Notes: generated from the letters alone by a model not told the origin. A stretch of 64,000 nucleotides of DNA from the human T2T-CHM13v2.0 reference genome, Homo sapiens (GCF_009914755.1 NC_060935.1), one strand, 5' to 3'; positions 30,915 through 45,431 are shown, counted from the stretch's first letter. Program-made: numbers and translations.

Positions 30915-31658
30915 TATTAGTGATGAGAACACAGAGTGACATCTACCCCCTTAATAAATTTTTAAGTGCACAAGACAGTATTATAGACCACAGGCACAAT
31001 GTCATACAGCAGTTCTCTGGAATTTATTCATATTACATAACTGAAACTTTTTATCCGTTTTACCCTCCATTCCCTCCTTCCCCTAGCCAATGGCAACCAC
31101 CATTTAACTCTGTTTTTTATAAGTTTGACTATTTTATATACCTCATATAAGTTGAATTATTCAGTATTGGTTATTCTGTGACTGGCTTAATTCATTTAGC
31201 ATAATTTCCTCTAGGTTTATCCATGTTATCACATATGGCAGGATTTCCTTCTTTTCTAAGACCAAATAATATTGCATTACACATATATACCACATTTTCT
31301 TTCTTCATTCATCAGTCAATAAACATTTGGATAGTTTCCAAATATTGGATATTTTTAATAATTCTGAAATAAATGTGGGAGTGCAGACAGCACTTCCAGA
31401 TCATGATTTCATTTCTTTTGGATATGTATCCAGAAGTGGGATTGCTGAATCATATGGTAATTCTATTTTTGATTTTTTGAGAAACCTCCCTACTGTTTTT
31501 CATAGCAGTGGACCATTTTAGATTTCTACCAGCAGTGTACAGGATTACAATTTCCCCGCATTCTCACCAATACTTACTCTTTAAAAGAGTAGTAGCAATC
31601 CTAACAGGTGTGAGGTGATTTTTTATTGTAGTTTTGATTTGCATTTCTCTGATGATTA
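30915..31658 (-). mobile_element. L1MA/L1MB 3' fragment
   Basis: ccagaagtgggattgctg..atcatatggtaattctatttt and gttttgatttgcatttctctgatgatta motifs. Confidence 0.85.
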
Positions 31659-33856
31659 TGTCTGATTTTAAAAGCAATGATTTATCCATAATACCCTACT
31701 GGTTTTCCTTAAACCTAGTTTCACACTTTTCCCCAAAAATGTGTACCACAAAGCAAATATTTTATCTTCCATTCTTTATCATGTTAGCTGGATTATAAGG
31801 AAGCATGAGAACCCTCAAGTGAGTGGGTCCAAACATCCACCTCCATATAGAAAATTTATCGCTACTTTTATCTTTAATTGGTAGTAATGATTATTTCTTT
31901 GGAATCACACTTGATGTGTATATTTAGCAATAAATACAAAACAAAAGAAAACCACAATTTGAGTGGTTGTTTAGATTGTCAAGCACTGCAAAAGAAATTA
32001 AGAAACACTCATGATGGGAACTCTCCCTCTAGTGGTTAAGTAAAGTCAAAGAAACTTGTGATACTCTTAAATATTTTAGACTAAAAAATGTCAAAAGTTT
32101 TGTGATGATTTTTGTGTACCATGTATCAAGTTGAACGTTGAGTAACTTTCAGAAAATGAATGTAATGATTCTAGCAGTAAAAAGATTCTGGAATTCTAGA
32201 CTTGGTGCTTCAATAAATCTGAGCTTTTGATTGACTCCATTTGGAAATTGAGAAAGATTATGTCATATAAACAAACTTCAATACCTTTTTAGTATAAGAT
32301 TCTAAAGCAGGACAAATTGTATCATTTGTGAAACAATGAATTATGTTAAAAAGCTCATTTCAATTTTTTTCAAGAAGTGTGTTAATAGTTCTTATTCCTA
32401 CAAATTACTAGTATTGACATAAGAGGAGATATAATCTTCTCTTTCTTTTTGGTTTTTAAAATGTGTAGTTTACCTGCTTTCTCCTACTTTATGTAGACAT
32501 CCTGATTACTAGTAAGATGATGAGTGTGAAAGTAGAAGAGCTATAGTATATGTAAGACCCATTTCATCATCGTGATCACTAATAAATTATTACTTGATAG
32601 AAAAGTTCCCTTAAAATATGAAACAAACTGTATCTCTCTTTTAGATATAGTTGATGGAGAACTGGATCTACAATCAGAAAACCTAAGCTTGGGGTCCCTG
32701 AAGTACCTCTAGCTAGCTCTATAATGTTGAGCAAGTTCCTTAAATTGAACATTGTTTTTCTCTTTTTACTGGAGATAATTGCCATTACCCAAGATTGGAG
32801 TGAAGACTAAACAATTTGACAGACATAAAATTATCTTTGCCCGCTGTAAAGCATCATGTTACTATGTGGTATCATTACTTACTATTGATCCCCACTTTGG
32901 CTTGAGATTATATGCATCCCATACTTGAAATACACATGGAAATTCACACGCATTCTTTTTTTTGGTTCAAGTACAAATGTATAAAAACAACAAATCTTGC
33001 TGTAAACATTGCCAATTAAACTTGTATTAAGAGCTGAATCCAGACACATTTTCTAAAGCCTTTAAATTCCTTTCAACATTTCTAGAGAAGAGTTAATTCA
33101 GGGGATACTAAATGGGAAAGGGCCATGTATGAGAGGAAAGGGCACAAAGCGTCCTGCAAATAAGTTGCTGAGAACTGTGAGTCTGAGGCTCTTCGGAAAT
33201 TGTTATTAATGTGTTAGTGCTGTCACAAAGTCATCTAAAATGTATGCTGAGAAATTTTCTTAAAGGCAGTGGACATAATACTGAAGAGATGTGTCATAAA
33301 GTTACATTCTATTAGAGAACATATTTACATAAATATAAACTATGGCATGTCATTGTGACAGTGTATGTCAAGGCGCTGCAAAAAACCCCAACAAGCAAAC
33401 ATAAAAAAGCAATTATTTTAATCTCCAATGAACATTCTGCACCAACAATATGTACTGCAGTGGGTGTTATAAATTGTGTGATCACCAGACTTGAGAAATC
33501 CAGATAGGTTTGATTCCATCTCAGCCACTTCCAAGCCTGCAAGTTTGGCTAAAACTCCATTGGTATACCGCACAAGATTATCCTGAGTGCCATGAAATCA
33601 TGTATAAAAGTGTCATTGTAGACAAAGTTTCACCAGTTATCACACAAGTGTAAAAATGGCCTGTTATCATTACAATTATCTTGACAGCATTTTCTAAAAT
33701 TAAAGAAGGAAACCCAAACTTTTGCATCACAAATATTCTAAAGTGTTTGAGTTGGAGTCACACCACAGTGCCCACCACTCCCCACTATTCCCATTTCTTC
33801 TCCTTTTCCTCTCTGCCTTGCTGGTTCCAACAGGATTTGCTGTAGGGGCTAAGTGA

Positions 33857-34051
<195 letters not shown>

Positions 34052-34589
34052 TGAGAAGCAGGCTGTAAGAAGTCCTCTAGTCAATAGCTTTTTACCAAAG
34101 TTAAGTGTTCTCAAGAGTTTCAACCTTAATAAGTGCCATTGACAACTGAATAAAATGTCAGTCTATTGCAATTAGAAAGCGAGTATACTTTTATTTGAAC
34201 ATTTTTGTCTTCCTTTGTTTTTATAACTGATTTTTGCCACCATAGATAAACATAAACTTCCACATGTAATTATATCTAGATTCTTTTTAGCAAACAATTA
34301 CTTCTATTGCTACTTACTAAATGTGTACGTTACATGAAAACTTATGAAGTTAAAATACTTCTATCGGTACGGAGAAAATGAAATAACATTCAAAAAATCC
34401 CCCAATTGCTGCCTGTTAGAATTAACTGAACGGCTTTTAAAACTCCTGAAGCTCAGATCAACCCCAGAACAATTAAATCAGAATCTTTGGGATTGGAACA
34501 TGAATATCGGTGTATTTCAAATTTTCCTGGGTGATTTCAATGTTCCTTCAAGTTTAAGAAACACTGAATTCTACATTATTATTTTCGTT

Positions 34590-35300
34590 TGTAAAACAGT
34601 TTTATAGAAGCGTAATTAACATGTAATGAAATGTACCTACTTAAAGTGTATGAATTGATATATTTTGTTATATGCGTGCACCTGTGAAACCGTTAGCATA
34701 ATCAAGATAATGAACATATCCTCTCCAAAATTTTCCTCACGCCCTTTCAATCCCTGCCTCCCTGACCTTCCCCTGTGCTCTAGCAGCCACCTGCTTTCTG
34801 TCATTATAGATAAATTTGTATTTTCTAGATTCTTGTGTAAATTGAATCCTGTGTATTTATGTATTTTTTTCTGGCTTCTTTCACACAGCATATGTATTGA
34901 GATTCATTCATAATGTAGCATTTATCAATAGATCATTTTTATTGCTGAACATTATTCCATAATATCTATACCCTGTTTGTTTATTTCTTTACCTATTATC
35001 AAAATTTTGGATGGTTTCAAATTGTTGCCTATTTTAAAAAAGTCTTCTATTAACATTCATCTACAAGTCCTTATATGGACAAATGCTGTCATTTCTCTTG
35101 GGTAATTACCTAGGAGTAGACTGGTTGGATCATGTGATAGGTATATGGTTAGCCTATGAAAACCCTGTTAAGCAAAACTTTTCCCATGTGTTTATATCTT
35201 TTACATACCCACCCATGGTATATGAGAATTCCAGTTTTCTGTGTAGTCACCGAGCCTCGGTGTGGTCAATCTTTATGAATTTTAACAATTCTAATGCTCT
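34590..35300 (-). mobile_element. Old L1M 3' fragment
   Basis: ctggcttctttcacacagcat..ttgagattcat and ttctcttgggta..tacctaggagt motifs. Confidence 0.8.
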
Positions 35301-37846
35301 TTCTGTGTACACTACCCAAGTCACTGTGCATAATGAGGGCTCCCAGTGGCTGGTCTGACTCCAGTCTCTCAAGTGGCGCTTTCCTTGACAGATGGTTTCC
35401 TTGCATACATACTCACTGAGTACTGCCTAGGTTATTCTTCTCTACACCCTGGGAACTCTTCAAGGCAGTAATCTGAGGAGTAATAATGTGAGCGTTGTTT
35501 GTTTTCCGTCTCTCAGGGATCATTGCCCTTTTTTGCCTGATGTCTACCATCTTGTAATCTGTTGTTTTATACATTTTGTGCATTTTGGGGGTGTTTCCAG
35601 CATAGGGATAAAATCAATCCCTCTTACTCCATCTTTTCCAGAGTGGAGGTCTCCATACAATTAATTTTGACAAGGCTGGGTGCAAAATCCAAAGCCACTC
35701 AATGTCCTTACTACAAGAACATAACTTAGTAAAGTTAGTTTCTGATTTATCTTGAATGAAGAACATGTGAAAAGTCTGTTTCGTTTATACTTTAATTTCA
35801 GAACAAATGTTTAGTTTTTCATTCTTTTAAATGTTCCATAAAGATGATAGAGACTTAGAAACATGGTTATCTTGTTTGGAGGCAGCATTTTCTCATCACT
35901 TTTGGCAAGAACCAAGTGTGTTAAGAGTTATTAGATGTATACACATATGTCTCTCTCCTAGCCTATGATTTTAGACATAAAACAGCCTAGGAATGCCAAA
36001 AAAATCCAGATACTTCTTCTTTCACTTGGACATATCTAATAACACACATTGGCATTATTTTAACACTGAAGACAAGAAATATCCACATATGGCAGAGTGA
36101 TAAAGTAAGGAAGCCGTCCAAGGAAACACTACATCTAGGTTGCTTTTGTCATCATGCAGTAAATACATCTCTTCTTTTCTGAACAGAGAAAGGTACATTT
36201 AAGGACAGGGATGACTCACAAAGAATTCACTTAATAACATGTATAAGGAAGGTGGAAAAGTTAGCTTGCAAAGGAGAATATTGCCTTATGGAAGAATACA
36301 AGAAATACAACCCACTAGGATGAAATGTCTTTTATTTGTTCCTCTGACTAAGATAAAATGTAGCTACTTGTTTTATACTTTAAAAATAAGAGTTCCTCTT
36401 CCCTTATTGGATGGAAATCAACAGTCTATTTTACTATATATTTTTGAATTTAAATAGCTAATAATTTATTGATGGGTAGAATCAGATATAAGGGAGCAGA
36501 TTTTTGCCAAAGGTACAAGCCAACCAATCTAGGATCATCTAGAAACAAAATCATCTGGACACATGATCTAGGGACTTCTCAATTCAGTTCCTTACAGAAT
36601 CCATTACTGCTTGTGACAAAGAAAAATAAATTAAATTTTCCATATTATATTGAAAAGGCCATGTGTGTACATATAATTATTCCCTTTATAATTTCAGTGA
36701 TATGTTTGCATGGAAAATAACTGGTCCTATCATATGATAAAAATTAATATTTAAGTACATTAATGTTTCCTTTCATGACTACTTTTATTTTAGTACTTAA
36801 AAGTATTGGAATTAGGATATTTTTGCAATTAAGTAATTTAGTGATATTTGCACACATTTAAATGCACTGACACTACATTATCAAACCCTGTGATGCTAGG
36901 AATTCTCATTTAAGGTGAAATAATTAGATAGAGGTCCTAAATTGTTTTTCATATAATTGAAAAATGACTCAACCCCTTGAAGTTAAGTCTTACTCATAAT
37001 AATTTTCTCTTTAAAAAAAAACTTGTTTAACAAACATGTACTCAATACCCAGTATGAACCTCAGACTGTATACTGATTTGAGGTTACAACAGAAGTAGGA
37101 GAGAAGCTGTTCTTTTCAAGAAACTTCATGAAAAAAAAAAAGGAGTCTGTATAAGACTGTACATCAGATTATCTAGAACATTTGTTAAAAAAGCAGATTT
37201 CTGGACCCCGTATCCTGAAATTTAGAATCAATTGGTCAAGGGTGAGGCCTCAAACTCTCTATGTTAACAAGTTCCTCAGGTGACTCTAATTTCTAGGACC
37301 AAATTTTTTAAAAGATACGTGGAGAATAGTCTAATCAAGACTGCATTTTTTATGTAGCTTCTGCCCAGGTCCAGCAAATAAAATGGTTATTCAGGTTTTA
37401 CCCTGCCCAAGAGGTAAGGAATGAGGAAGTGAAAGGGAGTGACCTTCAGCTTCAATTCTGACTCCCTGCCCTCCAAGTCTCCAGTAATAGCTCTGCATAC
37501 ATGGTTGAATCTGCCAAGGAGGCACCTTGTTCTCCTTATCCTGGAGAGACTTTAGTGGGATATAAGTGGCATTTTTCAGAGCCTTATGTTTTTCTGAACC
37601 TATAAAGCAACTTTAGAACAAGACCCAGCAGGTATCATGGAGAAAACATAGACTTTCAGCTTCCAACCTAATCAGATATATATCTCTTTAACAGTACCCA
37701 CATTTTTTGATTTGTAGTCACACTCAGTTCTTCAAGAGAAATCAGGTGTCAAAGAAAATGGACAATTTGTACTTAAATCAAGCTTTTAGGCTAAGTTTGC
37801 TACCTTCTTTATATATTATGCCTAGTCATCTTAACAATGTTGAACA

Positions 37847-38177
<331 letters not shown>

Positions 38178-39714
38178 TCATAAAGGCAAGCTGTTTTTCT
38201 AATAAAATAATTTAATGTATTACATATTTAATTATATGTGTAGGACAAGATTCTTTTTGCTTTTAGAAAAATCTGCTATGCTGCTTATGGAATTTTCTCA
38301 ATATTTCATCTGGAGTTTCTTCAGTATAACAAGTGCTCTTGTCCTATTAGACAGAAGGCCAGTTATCACTTAATTCTTCTGTCAATCACCCATGATCTAA
38401 GCTTGAGCCATTCACAGTAAGCTTGACTCTTCCTTCATTCTTTTTCCCATTTTCATTCAGCAGCTCATATGTCAGCACCCTAAATAAAGCCCTGAACATC
38501 TCAAGCTATAACCACAGACCTCGAACTGTTCTTGTTGTCTCTATGATCTCCCACGTCATAATACATCCCATGTGTAATAGCTTGGTAAATCTAACACATG
38601 ATTAAACACTGTTGTACTCTTCCTTAGAGCAAGTTCTGAAGTCTTCTCTAATGCTCCTTCTAGCCTTATCTCCCATTAGATGTATATAATCCCACATTAC
38701 AAGAATATTACATGTACTCCAACTTTATCTCAGGAAGATGTTCCTAAACTATTAATGTTTAAATTTATTGACTTAAAATGCCTGAAAGATTTGTTAGCAA
38801 ACCTAGTAAGAAAAAAAATGAGAAGCACTTTAAAGGAAAATACTACACAAACTATGATAAGTTCATGCAACACAATTGCTACTAAGGATGGCTTTTTATT
38901 TGCCACTTTTCTAAAAGCATGGTTATTTCTAGAGCGGGGAAGGGCCATTATTTCTTGGTGACCTTTAAATCCCCATGTGTAAAGTCTGTTCTAACACTCT
39001 AAGAGACTGTTTCCTGTATGATGTTGGTTTACAAAGGAAAACAGACAGCTGTTCAGCTGTTCAGCAGCCTCAGGTGTCTCTGTGGGACGTCTTGAGAAAC
39101 AAAAATTCTTGACTCCCTGCTGGGTATAATTTTATGAGCTCTGTGGGAGAATTTCTTTATGATCCTTTTCTCTCCTGATATAAATGTACACTGATGATTG
39201 TTTTGAAAACCGATTTTTATATTAATTTTTAGAAATACCGTGCCTTAACCAACAATGAATTTTAGAGCCATATGGGACATTTTGCACCTATCCACCAACC
39301 TTCAAAGGGAGCGCATCTTTTCTATGATGATATTATCAATAATGCCACATTATAGGAAAATACATTTTATGATGACTTGCTTTACATATATTTTGCAGTG
39401 TGTTCCAGATGTTACAACTGAAATACGTATTACTGTTGTTTTAATGCTCCCATTGAGCACCCTCTGGATGTCAGATTGAACAAGGAGGACACCATTCCAT
39501 TCCAACTTTCCTTATAATACTGTTCTTTAACCCATGATTGTCCTCACCCTCCTGTGAGGACAATGCCCTATTTTCTCTATCGTTTCTATGGAATTTTTGT
39601 GCTGGCCAGACATTTTTTGCCTTCACTGTGTTAGTTTAATTTCTCTCACTAAGTTACATATATACTGAGGGCATTATGCAAATGCAAACAAGCAAAGGTA
39701 AATTGAATTTATAC

Positions 39715-39720
39715 TTTATT
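39715..39720 (-). terminator. Distal poly(A) signal of MUC15
   Basis: tttatt on + (AATAAA on -) with a downstream U/GU-rich element; other AATAAA hexamers at 39873-39878 and 41405-41410. Confidence 0.65.
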
Positions 39721-40385
39721 AAAATCAAACAATACAAGCCTTAAAATTTGATTCAATAACATTATAAAACTATGCATCCTTTATGAAGTTTCAGTTGATA
39801 TCTGATTAAAAAACACTTTGTTTCATAAGTGTTCAGTGATTTATGAAACTTTTAAAACAAATTAAGATGGGATTTATTACATCTTATAGCCATTATTGGA
39901 CCCATTCTACATTTTGAAAGACTAAGAGAATAGGGTTAGCTATGGGAAATGCTGGCTCACTGGAAGAATCCTGCATTTTCCAACTTCCCCACTCCTAGAA
40001 GTTTTGCTAACAGGAATTGCAACTAGGAATGCCTCACCTGAAAAACTAATTTCATACAACTTTCATTAAGTAGTTTGACAATCTGTGACCCACAAATACT
40101 TCCATAGAATGGTAGAATTATTTATAATCAGAAATGATGGTGGGGTATAAAGGGAATCAAGAGAGGAGAGAAGAGGGCTAATGTTGTTTCTTCACCTCTC
40201 CCCATGAGAAAAATCATGTGAAATTGTTGCAAGACCCATGAAAGGAATTCATATATAATATTTCTGTACTATAAAATAATATGATTCTATTTGAGAAAAA
40301 ATCATAGTACCTGAGTGCAAACAGTATTCACTGGCTTATTATAATCAATTTGCATGACTAATATTTCTGTTTGTTTTCTACTCAG

Positions 40386-40446
40386 GTGACATATTTGTTC
40401 GATAATGGAGGGACAGTCTTCTTTGCTATTTTTATGGCAATATGGG
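40386..40446 (+). CDS. ANO3: ANO3 coding exon, start of TM2 (61 nt, phase 0-1; probably exon 14)
   Basis: ctcag|GTG...G|gtaagt; [20 protein letters not shown]; I found no further canonical ANO3 exon downstream in the window. Confidence 0.96.
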
Positions 40447-40500
40447 GTAAGTACTTTCTTCATTACTTTCTATCCCTTATTTTCTGAAGCTGTTTCTGTG

Positions 40501-40502
<2 letters not shown>

Positions 40503-40540
<38 letters not shown>
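40503..40540. repeat. (AC)19 microsatellite
   Basis: direct reading; starts 57 nt after the ANO3 donor and lies inside the MUC15 long 3' UTR. Confidence 0.97.
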
Positions 40541-40541
<1 letters not shown>

Positions 40542-41729
40542 ATGAATCAATTCAAAAATAAAGCCTCTAGGTTGGTACTTGATTTGTTTGCTCTCTTCAT
40601 ATATTCAGTGCTTCTTTAGGAATTTAACTCTTGATCTCATCCTCTAATCTCTAAAACCTAGACTTTCCTACATCAAGGAACATATTTTTTCTACCAAAGG
40701 AAGGTGGTAATTAAAAACAAACTGAAACATACTAGAATCCAAATTAATCTTCTTATATTATTGATTATGAAACTGATGCTCAGTAAAAAGTTGTTTGATA
40801 TTTCCATTCATCTTTTTTAACCTTATGGTTCATACATTTAGGGATGCAGAATCTATTCCATTATGATTGAGCAATAATGTCTAATACATAAGAAATCCAG
40901 TTCCTATCTAACAACTTAAAACTGTACAAATTATGTACAGGTATATTCTTTGGTTAACTTTTTTTTTTTACCATGATTCTCATTGAGTTTTTAAGGCACC
41001 CAAATAATTGAAGCCTAAGATATATTAAGACAAGTTAAAATTCCCAAAACCTTTGAAGACTTTTAAAGAAGCTATTACTTTCCTGGGTAGGGTCAGCTTT
41101 CCTGCCATGGCCCCGTTGAATGCAGTCATTGTCAGCTTCATAACTCAGTGGGCTGATCATGTGTGTGCTGATCTAGAAAATTATAACGTACTAGAATACA
41201 GGTCTGTCATTTCTATTGCCTCAATTTCCCAATAACAGAAACTCTGGGCTATGTCCTCTTTTTAGCTTTAAGTCAAATTTTCTTTAAAAAGCACCCTTTC
41301 AATTTTCATTTAAGAAAATGCAATCTTGAATTATGGTACTAGGGCTTCAGGCAGAGCAGTAAAGAGTCATCTTCATTGTTTTAGAATTTTTTGGTGGAAT
41401 AATTTTTATTATTTAGTTATGAGGCAGGGCTGTAATGGTGAAATCTTTTAGTTTTATCTGATTCCACAAATATTTTCTACTAAGAAAATACTACTAAAAT
41501 ACAAATTAAGGCTACTTAGTAAATGCCTCAGGATGGCCAAAAATTGTAAGAAAGAAAACCTTTGGATGATACATCCTGTCTACATTTCTGCTACTGGTCT
41601 CCTGCTTTTATGATTCTCCTTGACAAAATCCACGTGACAGTAATTTTGTGTAACCTTTTGAAAGATGAATTTGTCAAAAGGCTAGGATGTAGATGACACT
41701 TGCTGTTTAACGCCTTTTTGCTGTTAGTT

Positions 41730-41890
41730 CTATACAGAAGTACGAAGTGGAGGTATGTCATCCATAGGAATGCCATCACGTGCATTTTCTTCACTTTCTG
41801 GCATGGCTGAATCATTCAAAGTTGGATTGTAGTAGCTAGAATTCCCAAAACTCACATCATAAGGTTCCGGTGCATTGTCTAATCGCAGAA
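41730..41890 (-). CDS. MUC15: MUC15 last coding exon, cytoplasmic tail
   Basis: ttttttag|TT; (V)LRLDNAPEPYDVSFGNSSYYNPTLNDSAMPESEENARDGIPMDDIPPLRTSV*; ends in a class I PDZ-type motif (T-S-V). Confidence 0.96.
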
Positions 41891-43780
41891 CTAAAAAAGT
41901 AACAAAATAATACTGTTTCACAGTGATACTCTGAAAGATTCATGTTCAGGCATCCACCAAGTTATAGGAATTATTCTAGATGAGAAAATAAATATATTTT
42001 TATATGGGCTTTTTAGATTTTAGTTTTAAAATTTTAAATAAGTAGATGTTTTTCAAGCTTCATTTTTTATAAGACTAAGAGTACAGTTTTACTTCCAAAA
42101 TTTTACTGTTGATGGACTCAAAGTAAAGGAACTAAAGAAGAGACCAGTATAGTATATCAATACCTTGCATAAAGAAGTATAGACCATACCTCATTGACTT
42201 TTGAATCTTGTGATTTCAAAGCCTTGTCAACATGTTCAGAATTTGTCACTTCTGGTGTAAAATTTTTTTAAGTGAAGTCAATAATTTTTAAATTAATGTT
42301 ATTATTTTACCAAATATCACAGTATCTTGATGGCTAAACCATTTAAGGTGGAGGAGATAAAAAAAGTATTTGTGGGAGCTTATGTTTTCTTCTGATCGAT
42401 TCAAGTTATCATGCACTTGAGGTTTTCTGATTGTTGATGTGGAAATTTAGTTTTCTTTTAAAACAAATAGTCATTATTTCCTAAAGATCTTGAATTCATT
42501 TTCAAAGCAAAACTGGACATGCTCTTGGTATCTTAAAGTACTACAAGCAGTAACTAATTATTAATTATATCAGTAAACTATTCACTTAGGTATCATCATT
42601 TGCTTATCTACTTATTCCTGTAGCCATCTGTTTACAAATTGGGCTCCCAGGAACCTTAGGTCTTTGGGAGAGGTGTCTCAAAGCTGTCTTTGATGGATAA
42701 AACAGTTGTTGTGGATTGAGTTATTCTTTTATGCCTCTATCACAGCAGTTTAGATTGTATCAATTTTTGATAGATTGAGTTTTTACATGAGATTACATGT
42801 AAAGACAAGATTCAAAGGTTAAAAAATGGTTGAAAACCACCGTTATAAATCCTATCCTTTAATTTTTGAAGAATGGTACTTTTTGTTTTGTATTAGTTCC
42901 TAGAAACCCATAATCAGAATTCAGTTACATTTATAATTTACAGATTTGGTTCTGAATATGAGAAATATATCAGTTATATCTGAACTCATCAAAACTCAAA
43001 TTCAGTAAGACTTCATCAATGGGACCCACCAGAAGCATTTAATTATTTGTTATGGTGACAAGAATCCCTTGTGCAAACCAGAAAACACATATTTTTTTCC
43101 CTGAAGTATAAAACTGCAGATGAACCAAGCAATAAAACAAATACCAAATTGATATTATATTATTAAAGCACAAACTGACAACTTTATTTTTAGTATACAT
43201 ATTTCTCTTTCATAGATATTATGGTTGGCTTTTTCCATCATATGAGTGGAAAATTCCTGAATTAAGGTACAATGTGACTGTGTGTGCAAATATGCAACTT
43301 TTAGATGCTTTGTTTTAGAGCCTCATTAAGATGGTTAATGGAGGGCTGCTGTGTCTGTATAAACTTTAAAAGAGCTCCAAATTAGAATCAATCTTTGTTC
43401 AAATTACTGCTACTTAATGATCTAACAATGGCAAGGAATAGCTTTGCCGTCACTTGCTAACAAAACTGGTCATTTTTTCTGAATGTCCTACCATTCATTA
43501 TCTTCCAATTTTATACATATGTTTAGATTCTTGGATTATTATTTAAAACCAATTTTGATGCAATGAGCAACAGTTCAAATGTTTTTTAAATTTCAGTCAC
43601 AGGTCTATAATTATTTTGGTTTTGTTCTTTGATAAACAGAAGGTGGATCAGAATAAGTCTTTAGTTTGTTCATTCATATGAATTCTTTTGGAATTACCTT
43701 CTAGGCAATGCAGTGAACATTGGCATCCTCATTTAATTAAAAACACTGTGCCCAGGTGAAGTATTGAAAATAGATTTTAC

Positions 43781-43930
43781 CTGGTTCATTTCTGTCGTCA
43801 TAAAGTCGCCGATGGGAAAATGAATCCGTTTTCCTTTTTCCACACAACAAGTAGCCCACAAGAGTAAGCAATGAGACACCCAGAATAGCACCTAAAATGG
43901 CCCCGAATACTATTCCTGTATTTCTATTTT
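43781..43930 (-). CDS. MUC15: MUC15 transmembrane exon (150 nt, phase 1-1)
   Basis: cctgtag|AA...CCAG|gtaaaa; (E)NRNTGIVFGAILGAILGVSLLTLVGYLLCGKRKTDSFSHRRLYDDRNEP(V). Confidence 0.96.
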
Positions 43931-44052
43931 CTACAGGACAAAAAAAATTTAAAGAAATATAAAATAATTATTCAAAGAACCGAACTCTATGCATGTGAAC
44001 TTTCCATATAACAAAGAATGTTTAACATTTTAAAATTAGATAATGGTGTGTT

Positions 44053-44057
44053 TCTCT

Positions 44058-44088
<31 letters not shown>
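44053..44088. repeat. (TC)4(TG)14 microsatellite
   Basis: direct reading. Confidence 0.95.
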
Positions 44089-44089
<1 letters not shown>

Positions 44090-45327
44090 CTTGTAAAGTA
44101 CTATTTGGGATATATGGGCAAACTTATTTGTTGATAAAACCACACTTCTAATTTTTAATTACATTGAAATACTTCTAAGTCTTAGCTCTATAGCCGTGTC
44201 TTGTGTCTTGTTCTTATTAACATCAGTGGCACTGAAATGCCATGTGCATACTCCATTAAGATCTAATATCAGTGTTGAACTTTAATGATGAAATGAATTT
44301 TGCACTTGTTTCTGTAAATAATTCAAAGGTTAAAAGCCAATAGGAGTAAGTGGGTAATAGAAAATGAGTCCACCATAAACAAATAAGAAGTCACTACAAG
44401 GAAAAATCAGTGTATCCTGATAGAAGGTATTTCCAAACACCACAAATAAACCAAGGCAAGATAACTTCAGTGCCTTGCATATCAAGAACAGTTGTCTAGG
44501 CCTGAGCTTACGGGAGTTCAAAATTTCACTGTATTATTCTTTTCACTTGGTATCTTATTTGAAGACTAAATTTTCAATAAACTAAATGTTCTCTGAACTG
44601 AAATTTAGTACATTTCTCTTTTTTTCTTCTCTTTTTTTGAAGGACTCATTAATTAGGTAGGCAAAGGGTCTTGCAGGGTCTCTGATTCTATATAAAATCT
44701 CATTTCTAAAAAAATTAATTTTCATGTTAGAGTACAGTAAACTTGTTACTAAAAGAGAAGTAAGCTAACTAAATTTTTTTTTACATAAAATAGCAATGGT
44801 AAGAGTAAGTACTCAGTATTCTCAATATGTATATTAGGTTTAGATAGACAAAAGAGAGGAAGCATTTTTAAAAATGACAAGATATGTTAAAATCATAGTT
44901 AAATGTACATATACAATATATTGATCGTGGTATTATAAAAAGCCTATATTTCAGAATTTAAAACTTTTCCTACACACTGGCAACAACATTCAAACAGGAA
45001 TTTGTATATATGATTTGTTTTTTACATTACTAATATAATCCTTAAGTAAACCACACTGGAAGTGAGTTCTTGGAGGAAAACAAATTATTAAAAAAAATTT
45101 CAAGGGGGGAAAATACATTAGACCTCAAAAAACAAAACAAGAATGAATTATTAAAACTTAGTTATTTTTTTTCATTTTATGGAAAAATGTAAAACAATTT
45201 TTATGTTTCAAATGGAAAAGATTGACATAATCCTTAAATGAAACATAAAAATGTCCACATAATAAATTGTTTGTGATTGTGACAGATAATTTATAAATTC
45301 ATTACTTTGTTCAACTTTTTAAAAACT

Positions 45328-45342
45328 CATATATATATACTC

Positions 45343-45429
<87 letters not shown>
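45328..45429. repeat. Compound (TA)n(CA)n(TA)n microsatellite
   Basis: direct reading; lies in the MUC15 intron upstream of the TM exon. Confidence 0.95.

Positions 45430-45431
<2 letters not shown>

Larger units (their letters stand above)
39700..41729 (-). other. MUC15: MUC15 long 3' UTR (3' end approximate)
   Basis: Follows the TAG stop at 41732-41730. Minus-strand AATAAA at 39715-39720 is followed by U-rich sequence (cctttgcttgtttgc). A ~2 kb UTR agrees with my recollection of the mRNA length. Confidence 0.7.
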
